A DNA stretch of 64,000 nucleotides from Candidatus Babeliales bacterium. GTDB taxonomy: Bacteria; Babelota; Babeliae; Babelales; JANWKD01. The notes beneath the pieces are model-generated. The model was not told the origin of the DNA. It did no database searches and saw only the letters and a list, made by a program, of their open reading frames with translations. Every line of letters begins with the position of its first letter. The first letter of the stretch is position 1. Positions 8,675-18,117 of this stretch are shown here, one piece after another. Made by a program: the position numbers and the translations under genes. The DNA is taken from the NCBI GenBank assembly GCA_963701665.1, contig OY969622.1, positions 896,001-960,000 on the forward strand, written 5' to 3'.

Positions 8675-10036
8675 TTAGCCGATTGATCCTTCCATTTCCA
8701 ATGAAATTAAACGGTTAATTTCAACGGCATATTCCATCGGCAGCTGTTGCACAAAACTATCAATAAAACCGTTCACAATCATTGCTTGCGCCTGCGCTTG
8801 GGTAAAACCTCGGCTCATAAGATAAAAAAGTTGTTCTTCACTTATTTTGTTCACAGAAGCTTCATGGCACATATCGACCATCTGCGAGCGAATATCCATG
8901 GTCGGATAGGTATCGGTACGCGACTGAGCATCAAGGAGCAATGCATCGCATTGCACGTTGCATTTTACATTGCTAAGCCCCGATAATACTTTTACTAACC
9001 CACGATAACTTGATCTGCCCCCCTCTTTGCTGATTGATTTTGCAACAATAGTTGAACGCGTGTTTGAAGCGGCATGAATAATTTTTCCGCCAGAATCTTG
9101 ATGCTGACGCGCGCCAGCGAGTGCAATAGAAACTATTTCACCGTGTGCACCCTCTTCTTTTAAAATGATCGCGGGATATTTCATAGTCACTTTACTGCCA
9201 AAGTTACCATCGATCCAACTAACGCGCGCGTTCTTATACGCAAGCGCGCGTTTTGTTACCAAATTATAAACATCTGAAGACCAATTCTGGATGGTTGTAT
9301 AGCGTACGTTTGCGCCTTCGAGTGCAATAATTTCTACCACAGCGCTATGCAATGAGTTTCTTGCATACACGGGCGCACTGCATCCTTCAACATAATGTAC
9401 CGAACTTCCTTTATCTGCGATAATGAGCGTACGTTCAAACTGCCCCATCGTTTCAGAATTAATTCTAAAATATGCTTGTAACGGCATCGTCACCTGCACA
9501 CCTTGAGGAATATACACAAAACTGCCACCGCTCCACACGGCTGAATTCAAGGCAGCAAATTTATTATCATGCGCTGGAATGACGGTAGCAAAATAGTTTT
9601 TAAAAAGCTCTGGATGATCGCGCAAGCCTTGTGACATATCACAAAAGATGACACCTTTTTCATGCCACTCTTTTTTTAGATTTTTATAAATAACTTCAGA
9701 ATCGAACTGCGCGCCAACACCGGCCAAAAATTGTTGCTCTGCCTGCGGCACGCCAAGTGCATCAAAAGTATCTTTGATTTTTTTCGGCATCGTTTGCCAT
9801 GAAGTATGCTGCTTTTCGAGCGGCTTTATGTAGTAGTAAATATCATTAGTCGCGAGTGCAGAAAGATCTGCTCCCCACGTTGGCATTGGCTTTTGTTCAA
9901 AAATTTCCAATGCTTTTAATCGGAATGCAAGCATCCATTCAGGTTCATTTTTTTGTGCAGAAACATTTTTTACTATGTCGGCGTTGAGCCCCTTTGGAGA
10001 TTTATAATGATTTACGTGAGGATCATGTGCGAGCAT
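8675..10036 (-). CDS. sufB: Fe-S cluster assembly protein SufB
   Basis: GQFERTLII, YVEGCSAP, LHSAVVE, KVTMKYP, CHEASV motifs. Start trimmed to MLAHDP (10036) because the longer ORF overlaps sufC. Confidence 0.96.
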   Translation of the reverse strand: MLAHDPHVNHYKSPKGLNADIVKNVSAQKNEPEWMLAFRLKALEIFEQKPMPTWGADLSALATNDIYYYIKPLEKQHTSWQTMPKKIKDTFDALGVPQAEQQFLAGVGAQFDSEVIYKNLKKEWHEKGVIFCDMSQGLRDHPELFKNYFATVIPAHDNKFAALNSAVWSGGSFVYIPQGVQVTMPLQAYFRINSETMGQFERTLIIADKGSSVHYVEGCSAPVYARNSLHSAVVEIIALEGANVRYTTIQNWSSDVYNLVTKRALAYKNARVSWIDGNFGSKVTMKYPAIILKEEGAHGEIVSIALAGARQHQDSGGKIIHAASNTRSTIVAKSISKEGGRSSYRGLVKVLSGLSNVKCNVQCDALLLDAQSRTDTYPTMDIRSQMVDMCHEASVNKISEEQLFYLMSRGFTQAQAQAMIVNGFIDSFVQQLPMEYAVEINRLISLEMEGSIG

Positions 10037-10763
10037 GTGAAACTGAATATCCTTGTTGATCGATTTTGAATGCCAACATTTTATCACCAGTCTCCACGAT
10101 GGTGCCATTCTGCAACATATGAACAACATCAGGCACAATATAGTTCAATAATCGCTGATAATGCGTAATAACGAGAAAAGCCATCGTAGGATTTTGTTCT
10201 CGAGCAATTTGAATACCGTGTGAAACACGGTTAAGTGCATCAACATCAAGACCAGAATCAATTTCATCAAGAATGGCAACTTTCGGCTTCAAAAGCATCA
10301 TTTGCACAAGTTCAAAACGTTTTTTTTCGCCACCAGAAAACCCTTCATTAAGATTTCGATTGGCAAAAGAATGATCAATCTGCAACATATCGAAAATAGC
10401 CAATAGGAGTTTTTGAAATTCATGAACGGAAATATTTTGCTTGGTTTGCAATGCGTACGCTTCTTTCAAACACGTGAACACTGAAACACCCGGCAATTCA
10501 TAGGGATATTGAAATGCTAAAAATAATCCTGCACGCGCGCGTTCATGAGGAGCGAGCGTTGTAATATCGCGCTCGTCGAGGGAGATTGTGCCACTCGTAC
10601 TAGCGTAACGAGGGTCGCCCATAAGTGCGTGCGCAAGTGAACTTTTTCCTGAGCCATTCGGCCCCATTAAAACATGCACCGAGCCGCGTGCAAGAGAAAG
10701 ATTAATACCTGCAAGAATTTGATTATTTTCTCGGAAAACGGAAAGGTTTTTAATTACGAGCAT
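10023..10763 (-). CDS. sufC: Fe-S cluster assembly ATPase SufC
   Basis: GPNGSGKS, FLAFQYP, NEGFSGGEKKR, LDEIDSGLDVD. Confidence 0.97.
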   Translation of the reverse strand: MLVIKNLSVFRENNQILAGINLSLARGSVHVLMGPNGSGKSSLAHALMGDPRYASTSGTISLDERDITTLAPHERARAGLFLAFQYPYELPGVSVFTCLKEAYALQTKQNISVHEFQKLLLAIFDMLQIDHSFANRNLNEGFSGGEKKRFELVQMMLLKPKVAILDEIDSGLDVDALNRVSHGIQIAREQNPTMAFLVITHYQRLLNYIVPDVVHMLQNGTIVETGDKMLAFKIDQQGYSVSHART

Positions 10764-10769
10764 CAGTTT

Positions 10770-11282
10770 TTACTTACCATTTGACGTTGGTTCGTGACGC
10801 AAATCCCGGATAGCGTTAGTCAGACCTACAATAAGCGCCGCAGTATCAGGTTTTTGGCAAAGATAAAATAAGGCAAGGCCTACTACCGCACTTCCAAATC
10901 CCGCGGCAGCCCAAATGCCGTGATCGAGCCATTGAGCCGTCATATGTTCTTTTTTTTCGCCAGCTACAGCACCTTTTAGCAGTTTTTCATCACGAAGTGC
11001 CTGCTGTGCAGTAGTCCAATCTTCTCGCGCAACTGACTCATCTTTGATTTCGCTCATCTTACCAAGTGCGTTGCCATGATCTGCAAATTCTTTTGCAACT
11101 TCTTCAATATTCCCCCTTTGATAAGAATCAAATAATGTTGTTGCAGTTTTTTTAGGAGGCACTACAACTTTTGCATCATGTTCATTAATTTTATCAGAAA
11201 ATGGTTGCTCCATTTTTGCGCTCATACCACTCATACTATTAAGAAACATCAAGCACAATAAGCTTATAGATATTTTTTTCAT
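10770..11282 (-). CDS. Secreted hypothetical protein with a C-terminal hydrophobic helix
   Basis: Start MKKISIS at 11282; signal peptide ending MSG-M; hydrophobic segment GIWAAAGFGSAVVGLALFYL. Confidence 0.7.
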   Translation of the reverse strand: MKKISISLLCLMFLNSMSGMSAKMEQPFSDKINEHDAKVVVPPKKTATTLFDSYQRGNIEEVAKEFADHGNALGKMSEIKDESVAREDWTTAQQALRDEKLLKGAVAGEKKEHMTAQWLDHGIWAAAGFGSAVVGLALFYLCQKPDTAALIVGLTNAIRDLRHEPTSNGK

Positions 11283-11399
11283 GGAGAAACCTATTTGTAT
11301 AACTTTTAACATACAAAAAACTTAGCTGGATTATTTAATGCAAATCTGCATGCAAAAAAACAAGAGTTAGTATACGTTTTTTAGACTGTGTTTGCAAAA

Positions 11400-12581
11400 T
11401 TAGCACAGAACGCGTGCGACTTCTTCTAAGCTAACAACGCCCGTTTGCAATTTTTCGCGCGCGTCAACAATCAAGGGACTCATGCCGTCAGTGAGGGCTT
11501 GCTGTTGAATAGCCTCAAAATGAGGGTTACTAACGATTAGAGCACGTAATGAGTTGGTCACAACTAAGAGTTCAAAAATTCCTATGCGCCCTTTATATCC
11601 TAAATTGAAACAGTCAGCGCAGCCTGCGCCTTTAAATATTTTTTTCATGGAAACATTGAGGCGCTCAAGCAGTTTATTGTGTTGATCGGTTGGCTCAATT
11701 TCTATGCGACAATTGGTACAAATTTTTCTCACTAACCGTTGTGCAAGAACACCCGTTAGCGACGTGTTAATTAAGAATGGCTCTATCGCCATATCCATCA
11801 AACGCATAACCGTTGAGGCAGCATCATTAGTGTGAAGCGTACTGAGCACTAAATGGCCCGTTAATGATGCTTCAATAGCAATACGCGCTGTTTGTTTATC
11901 ACGAATTTCACCGATCATGGCAATATCTGGATCCTGACGCAGCAATGCGCGAATACCACGCTCAAAAGTAAAACCAGCTTCAGGATGAATTTGGCCTTGT
12001 GTAATACCATCAATATTATATTCCACCGGATCTTCTAACGTGATTATATTTTTTTCAGACGAGTGCAACGCAAATAAGGTTGCATATAAGGTGGTTGTTT
12101 TACCTGATCCGGTTGGCCCCGTTACTAAAAAAAATCCCTGCGAGCGTTGCATCAGATGACAATAGCGTTCAAAAACCGCAGACTGAAAACCAAGCTTTTC
12201 TAAAGAAATAGATAAATTGGTTCTATCAAGGATTCTGATAACTATTTTTTCACCATAAATCGAGGGAAATGTTGAAACGCGCAAATCAACCATCTTGTGC
12301 GCCCATTTCATTTGAAATTTGCCATCTTGAGGCACTCGTTTTTCAGCAATATTATTATGAGCAAGAATTTTAATACGAGAGATTACCTGCGCGGCATGCA
12401 TGGCCTCTATGGGCTGTTGATCGTACAACGTACCATCAATTCTATAACGCACGCGCGCACCAGTATGATGAGATTCTAAATGGATGTCAGATGCGTTACG
12501 TTCTAACGCTTTGACCAAAATATCATTAACAAGATCAACAACCGATAAGGCTACAAGAGATTGTCGTTGTCGCTCTAACAT
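11400..12581 (-). CDS. pilB: GspE/PilB-family secretion/pilus ATPase (N2D + ATPase portion)
   Basis: ASDIH, EKRVPQDG, GPTGSGKTTTLY, LEDPVEY, LRQDPD, GHLVLSTLH and tetra-Cys Zn motif. Confidence 0.9.
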   Translation of the reverse strand: MLERQRQSLVALSVVDLVNDILVKALERNASDIHLESHHTGARVRYRIDGTLYDQQPIEAMHAAQVISRIKILAHNNIAEKRVPQDGKFQMKWAHKMVDLRVSTFPSIYGEKIVIRILDRTNLSISLEKLGFQSAVFERYCHLMQRSQGFFLVTGPTGSGKTTTLYATLFALHSSEKNIITLEDPVEYNIDGITQGQIHPEAGFTFERGIRALLRQDPDIAMIGEIRDKQTARIAIEASLTGHLVLSTLHTNDAASTVMRLMDMAIEPFLINTSLTGVLAQRLVRKICTNCRIEIEPTDQHNKLLERLNVSMKKIFKGAGCADCFNLGYKGRIGIFELLVVTNSLRALIVSNPHFEAIQQQALTDGMSPLIVDAREKLQTGVVSLEEVARVLC

Positions 12582-12584
12582 AGA

Positions 12585-13136
12585 TTATTCTTCTTCATTA
12601 TCAAGTTCGTGCTTTTCTTCATTGAGCGCACGCTTCTCATTTTCCTCTTCCTCATCCATATAATCAAAATTATCGGTAACTTCAATTGAAGCATCATAAA
12701 ATTCATCAACAGCTTCTTGTATATCTTCACCAATACCGACTAAAAATTGAATATCAGATGACATGTAATTACCTATTGCTGGCAAAAGATTTTCATCAGC
12801 AGGATTTGCTGCAACAACATACAGCATATTGTCATTAATCTCTTGCAACGGGATAATTTCATTGCGCATAAGAAAATCACGCGGAAATTTGATCACCAAA
12901 TCATGATCAAAAAAATGGCCAATAACATCAAATGGAGGCACATGATAATACTGGCTCAATGCTTTAAGTAAATTTTGCTTCGCAACAAGTCCTTCTTGCA
13001 ACAAGAAATTATCGAACTCATCCTCAGATTCTTGCGCGAACAGTTTTTTTGAATCTTTAGATTCTTGCTGGGTAAAAGCACCATTTTTTTCTAAAATAGC
13101 GCACAGATCATTGATAAACTTCTCACCTTTTCTCAT
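12585..13136 (-). CDS. Stand-alone N-terminal (N1) domain of a GspE/PilB ATPase
   Basis: LLQEGLV..QNLLKALSQYY.VP, FPRDFL..NEIIPL, LYVVAANP and I.EAVDEFY match the T2SSE N-terminal domain pattern; directly upstream of and in frame with the ATPase. Confidence 0.75.
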   Translation of the reverse strand: MRKGEKFINDLCAILEKNGAFTQQESKDSKKLFAQESEDEFDNFLLQEGLVAKQNLLKALSQYYHVPPFDVIGHFFDHDLVIKFPRDFLMRNEIIPLQEINDNMLYVVAANPADENLLPAIGNYMSSDIQFLVGIGEDIQEAVDEFYDASIEVTDNFDYMDEEEENEKRALNEEKHELDNEEE

Positions 13137-13145
13137 GCACGTTCC

Positions 13146-13565
13146 CTATCCAACCTTATAACCGATTATAAAGCCCGCAGCGACACTCAAAACGATGGGT
13201 ATATTATTTTTCATCCATTCAACAGCATTGCTAAGAATTGTTTGGAATGTATCTGATTCTTTAATGCCAACGAGTGCTTTTAATTTTACTATATCAACGG
13301 CAACAATATGAAACTCATTAAGTAGGTAAAGACTCGCCACAGAGATTACGATGCTCAATACCAGATAGCGCATAGTTTTTTTGAAAAAGAATCCAGCAAA
13401 AAATCCGCCACTTAAATATACCATGAGCCGCATCACGCCATTAAAGGATAAATCAAATGAGCTGATGAAGTTATCAAAATCAAAGGTGGATTTAAGATGA
13501 TCGATCCAACTTGTTTGTTGTATATTATTAGTTTTGCTAAACATATAATAAAAGCCTTTTTTCAA
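13146..13565 (-). CDS. FUN14-family-like membrane protein
   Basis: GGFFAGFFFKK followed by a hydrophobic helix, and C-terminal AAGFIIGYKVG, resemble the FUN14 pattern. Confidence 0.6.
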   Translation of the reverse strand: MKKGFYYMFSKTNNIQQTSWIDHLKSTFDFDNFISSFDLSFNGVMRLMVYLSGGFFAGFFFKKTMRYLVLSIVISVASLYLLNEFHIVAVDIVKLKALVGIKESDTFQTILSNAVEWMKNNIPIVLSVAAGFIIGYKVG

Positions 13566-13626
13566 ATGTAATACTATGAGTGGCTTTCAGTATAATCTGA
13601 GTGGCACTAAAACCGCAAGAATAATT

Positions 13627-13670
13627 AAAAAAAAAGAGAAATATTTTTTGGAAAATATTTCTCTTTTTTT
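13627..13670 (-). terminator. Intrinsic terminator after hup
   Basis: aaaaaaagagaaatatttt-ttgg-aaaatatttctcttttttt inverted repeat. Confidence 0.75.
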
Positions 13671-13690
13671 AAAGCTCTTACAAAAAAAAG

Positions 13691-13966
13691 TTATTTTGCA
13701 ACCATGCCCTTGAGAGCTTTGCCTGGCTTAAATTTAGGAACATTTTTGCCAGGGATTTGCATTTTTTTGCCTGTTGCTGGGTTAACACCAACACGTGGTT
13801 TTCTTTTCATAACTGAAAAAGTACCGAATCCGGTGAGAGCAACTTGTCTCTTCTTTTTCAATTCTTCACCAACAACATTAATGAAAGCCTCTAAGCATCG
13901 TTTGGTTACTGCTTTTGACTCTTTTGACATTTTCGCCATGCGTTCAACTAACATCGCTTTATTCAT
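13691..13966 (-). CDS. hup: Histone-like DNA-binding protein HU
   Basis: MNKAML start at 13966 with AAAGGA RBS; GFGTF...R..R.GVNPATG...IP...PKFKPGKALK. Confidence 0.95.
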   Translation of the reverse strand: MNKAMLVERMAKMSKESKAVTKRCLEAFINVVGEELKKKRQVALTGFGTFSVMKRKPRVGVNPATGKKMQIPGKNVPKFKPGKALKGMVAK

Positions 13967-14086
13967 AAAATATTCCTTTGTTTGATTAGCTGTTCTTACC
14001 ATCAAATACATCAGACTAAATTACCAAGTTGTACATTAGTATAGAAGAATTGTGTTTGTCAAGTTTTATTTTGATGTAAAAAAAAA

Positions 14087-14173
14087 TGGTGCCGAGAGCC
14101 GGACTCGAACCGGCACGGAGAAACCTCCGAAGGATTTTAAGTCCTTTGCGTCTACCAATTCCGCCACCTCGGC
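14087..14173 (-). tRNA. tRNA-Leu (TAA)
   Basis: Reverse complement GCCGAGGTGGCGGAATTGGTAGACGC...GGACTTAAAATCC...long variable arm...GGTTCGAGTCC...CTCGGCACCA; 87 nt with encoded CCA. Confidence 0.97.
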
Positions 14174-14204
14174 GCTTTTCTTCTTTCAACTTGTCTGCTG
14201 CATC

Positions 14205-14278
14205 TGGAGGCGGCACCCGGATTTGAACCGGGGATCAGGGTTTTGCAGACCCTTGCCTTACCCCTTGGCTATGCCGCC
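14205..14278 (-). tRNA. tRNA-Cys (GCA)
   Basis: Reverse complement GGCGGCATAGCCAAGGGGTAAGGC...GGTCTGCAAAACC...GGTTCAAATCC...GCCGCCTCCA; 74 nt. Confidence 0.97.
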
Positions 14279-14328
14279 TTAATCTTTAGTGATAAAATAT
14301 AGCAGTTTTACTTGGCAATCGCAAATTC

Positions 14329-14805
14329 TTATAATTTTTTCGCTAATGCTTCCGCGCTTATTGTTACTACTGCGTTACTTCCTGAAGCTTCTTGCATAGA
14401 TGCAGGTTTTGCATAATCATTTAAATATGCTTGTTTACATGGTCCTGCTACAGGCAAGCCTGCTTGTTTTGCTTCAGCAGTACCTCCTTCATACGCATAT
14501 ACTTTTTTGAATCCTAAATTATGTAGCATCTGCCATGAAGCGCCACTTGCTGTACATTTGTAATTGGTACAATGCACAACTATTTCCGTGTTGTCTTTAT
14601 CAAAATGTGCTAATGCATATGATTCAAGATTTTCAAAAGGAACGTTAATGGAACCTTTAATGTGACAATCATCATAGAATTCCTTATCCAAAACATTCAC
14701 AAGCACAAATGATGGTTTTGATCCTGAATCCCAACCACACGATGGGAGAAGTACAATTGCTGCTAACAAAACAGTTATTCGAGCAAAAGTTTGTGTTATT
14801 TTCAT
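14329..14805 (-). CDS. Rhodanese-like domain lipoprotein
   Basis: Lipobox-like LLPSC; HIKGSINVP, IVVHC, LGFKKVYAYEGG. Confidence 0.85.
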   Translation of the reverse strand: MKITQTFARITVLLAAIVLLPSCGWDSGSKPSFVLVNVLDKEFYDDCHIKGSINVPFENLESYALAHFDKDNTEIVVHCTNYKCTASGASWQMLHNLGFKKVYAYEGGTAEAKQAGLPVAGPCKQAYLNDYAKPASMQEASGSNAVVTISAEALAKKL

Positions 14806-14875
14806 ACCTTTCTTTCGTTTTAAGCAGTTTGATATTCTTAACTATACTTTCACTATTATTTTCTCCTAATACGCA

Positions 14876-15346
14876 TCATACTCCTTTTTTTGGAAAACAT
14901 TTTTCTAAAATCGTTTCTAAAAGTTTTGCATAAGATCTTACTTCACGCATAAGCATTTGAGCAATTTCTTCTCTATAGATATGCGAGGTAAGATTTCTCT
15001 GCTCTATCATTTCTTGCGCAAGAGTACTTTCTGACTCATGTAACAATCCAATTTTAGCACACAGGCGAATAATATTTTTTGGGCTATTTACCTCTAAAGT
15101 CAGTCCTTGCACTTCTTCAAGATATATTTTTAGGTATTTCCAAAGAAGATCTGTCGAATATTCAAACCGTTGAATAACCGAGTCACGCATCCCTAAAAAA
15201 ATTTCTTCAAAATCAATGCCATACATCATTTCTTTATCATTTTTATGTTTTTGTAATCTCGCAAGATTTTCATAAATAGCAATGCTATCTTCGAAACTCT
15301 TAATTGCCCGTTCAAGGGTTTGATATTTTTCTAATATTATACCCAT
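14876..15346 (-). CDS. HEPN-domain protein, HI0074-type (toxin/substrate-binding partner of MNT)
   Basis: RDSVIQRFEY..DLLWK and R-X4-H motif RNLTSHIY; overlaps the upstream MNT gene. Confidence 0.9.
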   Translation of the reverse strand: MGIILEKYQTLERAIKSFEDSIAIYENLARLQKHKNDKEMMYGIDFEEIFLGMRDSVIQRFEYSTDLLWKYLKIYLEEVQGLTLEVNSPKNIIRLCAKIGLLHESESTLAQEMIEQRNLTSHIYREEIAQMLMREVRSYAKLLETILEKCFPKKGV

Positions 15347-15615
15347 AGTATCCCATCTTTTTTAATTTGTTGTTTCAAAGTTGGTGATATCATATGCAGA
15401 TCAACAACATCAACAAATACTGGCAGTAATGAATCTTCTATATCACTCATGATTGCAAATAATTTTTTTTTAGGTACGGGAACCCCATCATCAAGAGCAA
15501 TATCAAAATCTGCGCCTTCTTTATTTGTCTTTCGAGCTCGGGACCCAAACAAATATATTTTGCAATTTGGTAAATGTTTTCGAACAATTGAAATTATTGC
15601 TTCTTTGTTATCCAT
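15337..15615 (-). CDS. Minimal nucleotidyltransferase (MNT, HI0073-type antitoxin)
   Basis: IYLFGSRAR...ADFDIA...VDVVDL (GS-X10-DXD). Confidence 0.92.
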   Translation of the reverse strand: MDNKEAIISIVRKHLPNCKIYLFGSRARKTNKEGADFDIALDDGVPVPKKKLFAIMSDIEDSLLPVFVDVVDLHMISPTLKQQIKKDGILWV

Positions 15616-15618
15616 AGT

Positions 15619-16491
15619 TCAATACATCCAATGCAAACATCTACGCCAGCGAACATGCCTCCAAAAATCAATAGGATGTTTTATGAAATCTAGTATCATC
15701 CACGATGCATGCGTATCAACTGACCATATTCGTAGAATAATTTTTCCATGAATTAATTTTCTAGCAAGAGGTCCCCAAAAGCGTGAATCAAGGCTTCCCA
15801 ATCGATTATCACCCATTGCCCAATATTGATCAGGCCCAAGATGAATATCAAATTCATCAACATTTCTGCCATGCTGATCAAATGCTGGCGTACGCGGAAA
15901 GCGCATTATATCTTGTTTATAGGTTTCTGCCCATCGTTTTCCAAGTTGCACATCAGCAGAAGACATTCTATAAAATGGCTGATCTTCATACGAATAACTT
16001 TGATCATATGACACGGTCAACAAACAATTACCATAAAACACACTTAAAAGGGGAAATTTATTAAGATATGGTTCATCTAATTTCTCACCATTACGATATA
16101 AAACCGGAATACCATTCTCAATTTTGCCTTGAATGTAATCGCCAGGAACCCCAATTATGCGCTTTGTCCAATTAGCTGGTCCCCAAACATTATTTTGAAA
16201 AAGATTAACAAAATAATTGTCCGAGTAATCAAAATTTGGATCATTGAATGTTACTATATCACCATGTTTAATCGGTCTAAAAAGATAAGAAAATTTATCT
16301 GCAAAAAACCCTTCACCAACAAGCATTGTTGTTTCCATTGAACCAGTTGGCACTTGATAAAGTCCATAGATATACGTACGAATTAAGAAAGCAAGCGGCA
16401 GAATAATAATGATAGATTCAATATACTGTTCTAGTTTTGATTTATTAGGACGCTTATACCATGCATGTAATCTTTGGAACGTGTGAATCAT
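15619..16491 (-). CDS. lepB: Signal peptidase I (paralog 2)
   Basis: VPTGSMET (catalytic Ser), WTKRIIGVPGD (catalytic Lys), MGDNRLGSLDSRFWG. Confidence 0.95.
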   Translation of the reverse strand: MIHTFQRLHAWYKRPNKSKLEQYIESIIIILPLAFLIRTYIYGLYQVPTGSMETTMLVGEGFFADKFSYLFRPIKHGDIVTFNDPNFDYSDNYFVNLFQNNVWGPANWTKRIIGVPGDYIQGKIENGIPVLYRNGEKLDEPYLNKFPLLSVFYGNCLLTVSYDQSYSYEDQPFYRMSSADVQLGKRWAETYKQDIMRFPRTPAFDQHGRNVDEFDIHLGPDQYWAMGDNRLGSLDSRFWGPLARKLIHGKIILRIWSVDTHASWMILDFIKHPIDFWRHVRWRRCLHWMY

Positions 16492-16536
16492 TTTTGGTTT
16501 TCTTTCTTTAAATAACGAAACTAAAATGATATATGA

Positions 16537-17409
16537 TTATCTAACAACCTGTAAAAATCTACCCCAACGAATTCTTTTCCAAAAATCGATGGGATGCTTT
16601 AATAAATCAAAAATAAGCCACGACTCAGAACTATCAATTGACCATATTCTAAAAACAATTTTTCCATGAATTAATTTTCCATCGAATGGTCCTAGAAAAC
16701 GAGAATCTTTGCTACCGAGACGATTGTCGCCCATACACCAATATTGATTTGGCCCCAAACGTACGTCATAGATATCAACATTTCTCCCATGATGATCAAA
16801 CGAGGGCGTTCCCGGCATTAAAAGCCATTCTTGACCGTGCATTTCTGCCCATCGTTTTCCAAGCAATGCTTCATAGTCAGTAAAATTATAAAATGGTTGA
16901 TCATTATAAGGCCGTGATGGATCGTATGAACGTGGTGATTGGATACGACTATCTTTAACTACGGTAATCAAAGGATACTTGTTCAGGTATGGTTCATCCA
17001 ATTTTTGGCCATTGCGATACACTACCGGAACCCCATCCTCAATCTTACCTTCAATATGATCTCCAGGAACACCGATAACGCGTTTAGTCCAATTGGTTGG
17101 TCCCCATACATAATGTTCGAATAATTCCTTCCAATAATTATCTGAATATGCAAACGTTGGATCGTTTAATGCAATAATGTCACCATGTTTTATAGGGAAA
17201 AATAATGGCGTAAATTTATCAGAAAAAAAACCTTCACCAACTAATATCGTTGTTTCCATTGAACCGGTGGGAACTTTATAAAGACCATACCCAAACGTTC
17301 TAATCAGAAATGCTATCGGCACGATGATAATTAACGTTTCAACATATTCAGCGATAATTGATTTGTTAGGCCTTTTACGCCAATGTAGATACTTTTGAAC
17401 TAATGTCAT
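16537..17409 (-). CDS. lepB: Signal peptidase I (paralog 1)
   Basis: VPTGSMET, WTKRVIGVPGD, MGDNRLGSKDSRF. Confidence 0.95.
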   Translation of the reverse strand: MTLVQKYLHWRKRPNKSIIAEYVETLIIIVPIAFLIRTFGYGLYKVPTGSMETTILVGEGFFSDKFTPLFFPIKHGDIIALNDPTFAYSDNYWKELFEHYVWGPTNWTKRVIGVPGDHIEGKIEDGVPVVYRNGQKLDEPYLNKYPLITVVKDSRIQSPRSYDPSRPYNDQPFYNFTDYEALLGKRWAEMHGQEWLLMPGTPSFDHHGRNVDIYDVRLGPNQYWCMGDNRLGSKDSRFLGPFDGKLIHGKIVFRIWSIDSSESWLIFDLLKHPIDFWKRIRWGRFLQVVR

Positions 17410-17455
17410 AACTTTTGTCTTTCGTTTTGGAATTGCTTCTTAATTCTTAATATTA

Positions 17456-18049
17456 TTAGCTTAAATTGCGCAATGGATTGATGCGTTTGCCATGTTCGAT
17501 AACTTCAAAATGTAAATGCCAGGCATTTTTTCCATGAACAGATCCTGTATCACCAACATAGCCGATTAATTGTCCATTTGTAACCCGTTGCCCTTTACAG
17601 ACGATCATACGTTCTAAATGAGCGTATCGCGTTTTAAACCGTTCATTGTGCTCAATCACGACTGAATTTCCATATCCTTTTTGCGTGGATGAAGTTTCAA
17701 CGACAATCCCTTTGGCTGCAGCATGGACAGCCGTGCCTTTGAGCGCTGCAAGATCAATGCCGTAATGGAATCCCCATGCTTTATCGTTCTTTTTTTTGCG
17801 AGGGCCAAATTTCGAGCTTAACCAAAATTGCGATCGATCTATAGGCCAACTGAGTGTAAAGGAACGGTATTGTGCCAAACTATAGCGATCTGGTACATAT
17901 TGTTTTGATCTACGCTGAATTCTTCTATGCCTCGAAGGCTCTCGTGAAATTTTTACATGGCCGTCATAAGAATCATACACATCACATACAATTGAGGTAA
18001 GATTATGTTCCTTACCAAAATTTTGAGCAGCAATTTTTAAATAATCCAT
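17456..18049 (-). CDS. M23-family metallopeptidase (catalytic portion; frame open upstream to the A10 tract at 18123-18132)
   Basis: FHYGIDLAA, GYGNSVVIEH, TRYAHL, GDTG and HLHFEV motifs. Confidence 0.92.
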   Translation of the reverse strand: MDYLKIAAQNFGKEHNLTSIVCDVYDSYDGHVKISREPSRHRRIQRRSKQYVPDRYSLAQYRSFTLSWPIDRSQFWLSSKFGPRKKKNDKAWGFHYGIDLAALKGTAVHAAAKGIVVETSSTQKGYGNSVVIEHNERFKTRYAHLERMIVCKGQRVTNGQLIGYVGDTGSVHGKNAWHLHFEVIEHGKRINPLRNLS

Positions 18050-18117
18050 ATCACGATTAACGACATTAAATCGTGGCTTAGACGCATCATCTTCGTGTAT
18101 GCTACATTGCTCATTTA

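Noticed and set aside
10037..10138. N-terminal extension of SufB in the ORF track (similar extensions for potA, hup, batD, batE, plsC)
   Set aside because: Most extensions overlap upstream genes and none show family similarity; downstream ATGs fit RBS or gene coupling better
14016..14282. ORFs 14016..14216 (-) and 14052..14282 (+)
   Set aside because: They overlap tRNA-Leu and tRNA-Cys and are shadow translations of RNA genes
14087..15615. tRNA-anchored genomic island or prophage
   Set aside because: No integrase, no duplicated tRNA 3' end noticed, and the TA pair is on the 5' side of the tRNAs
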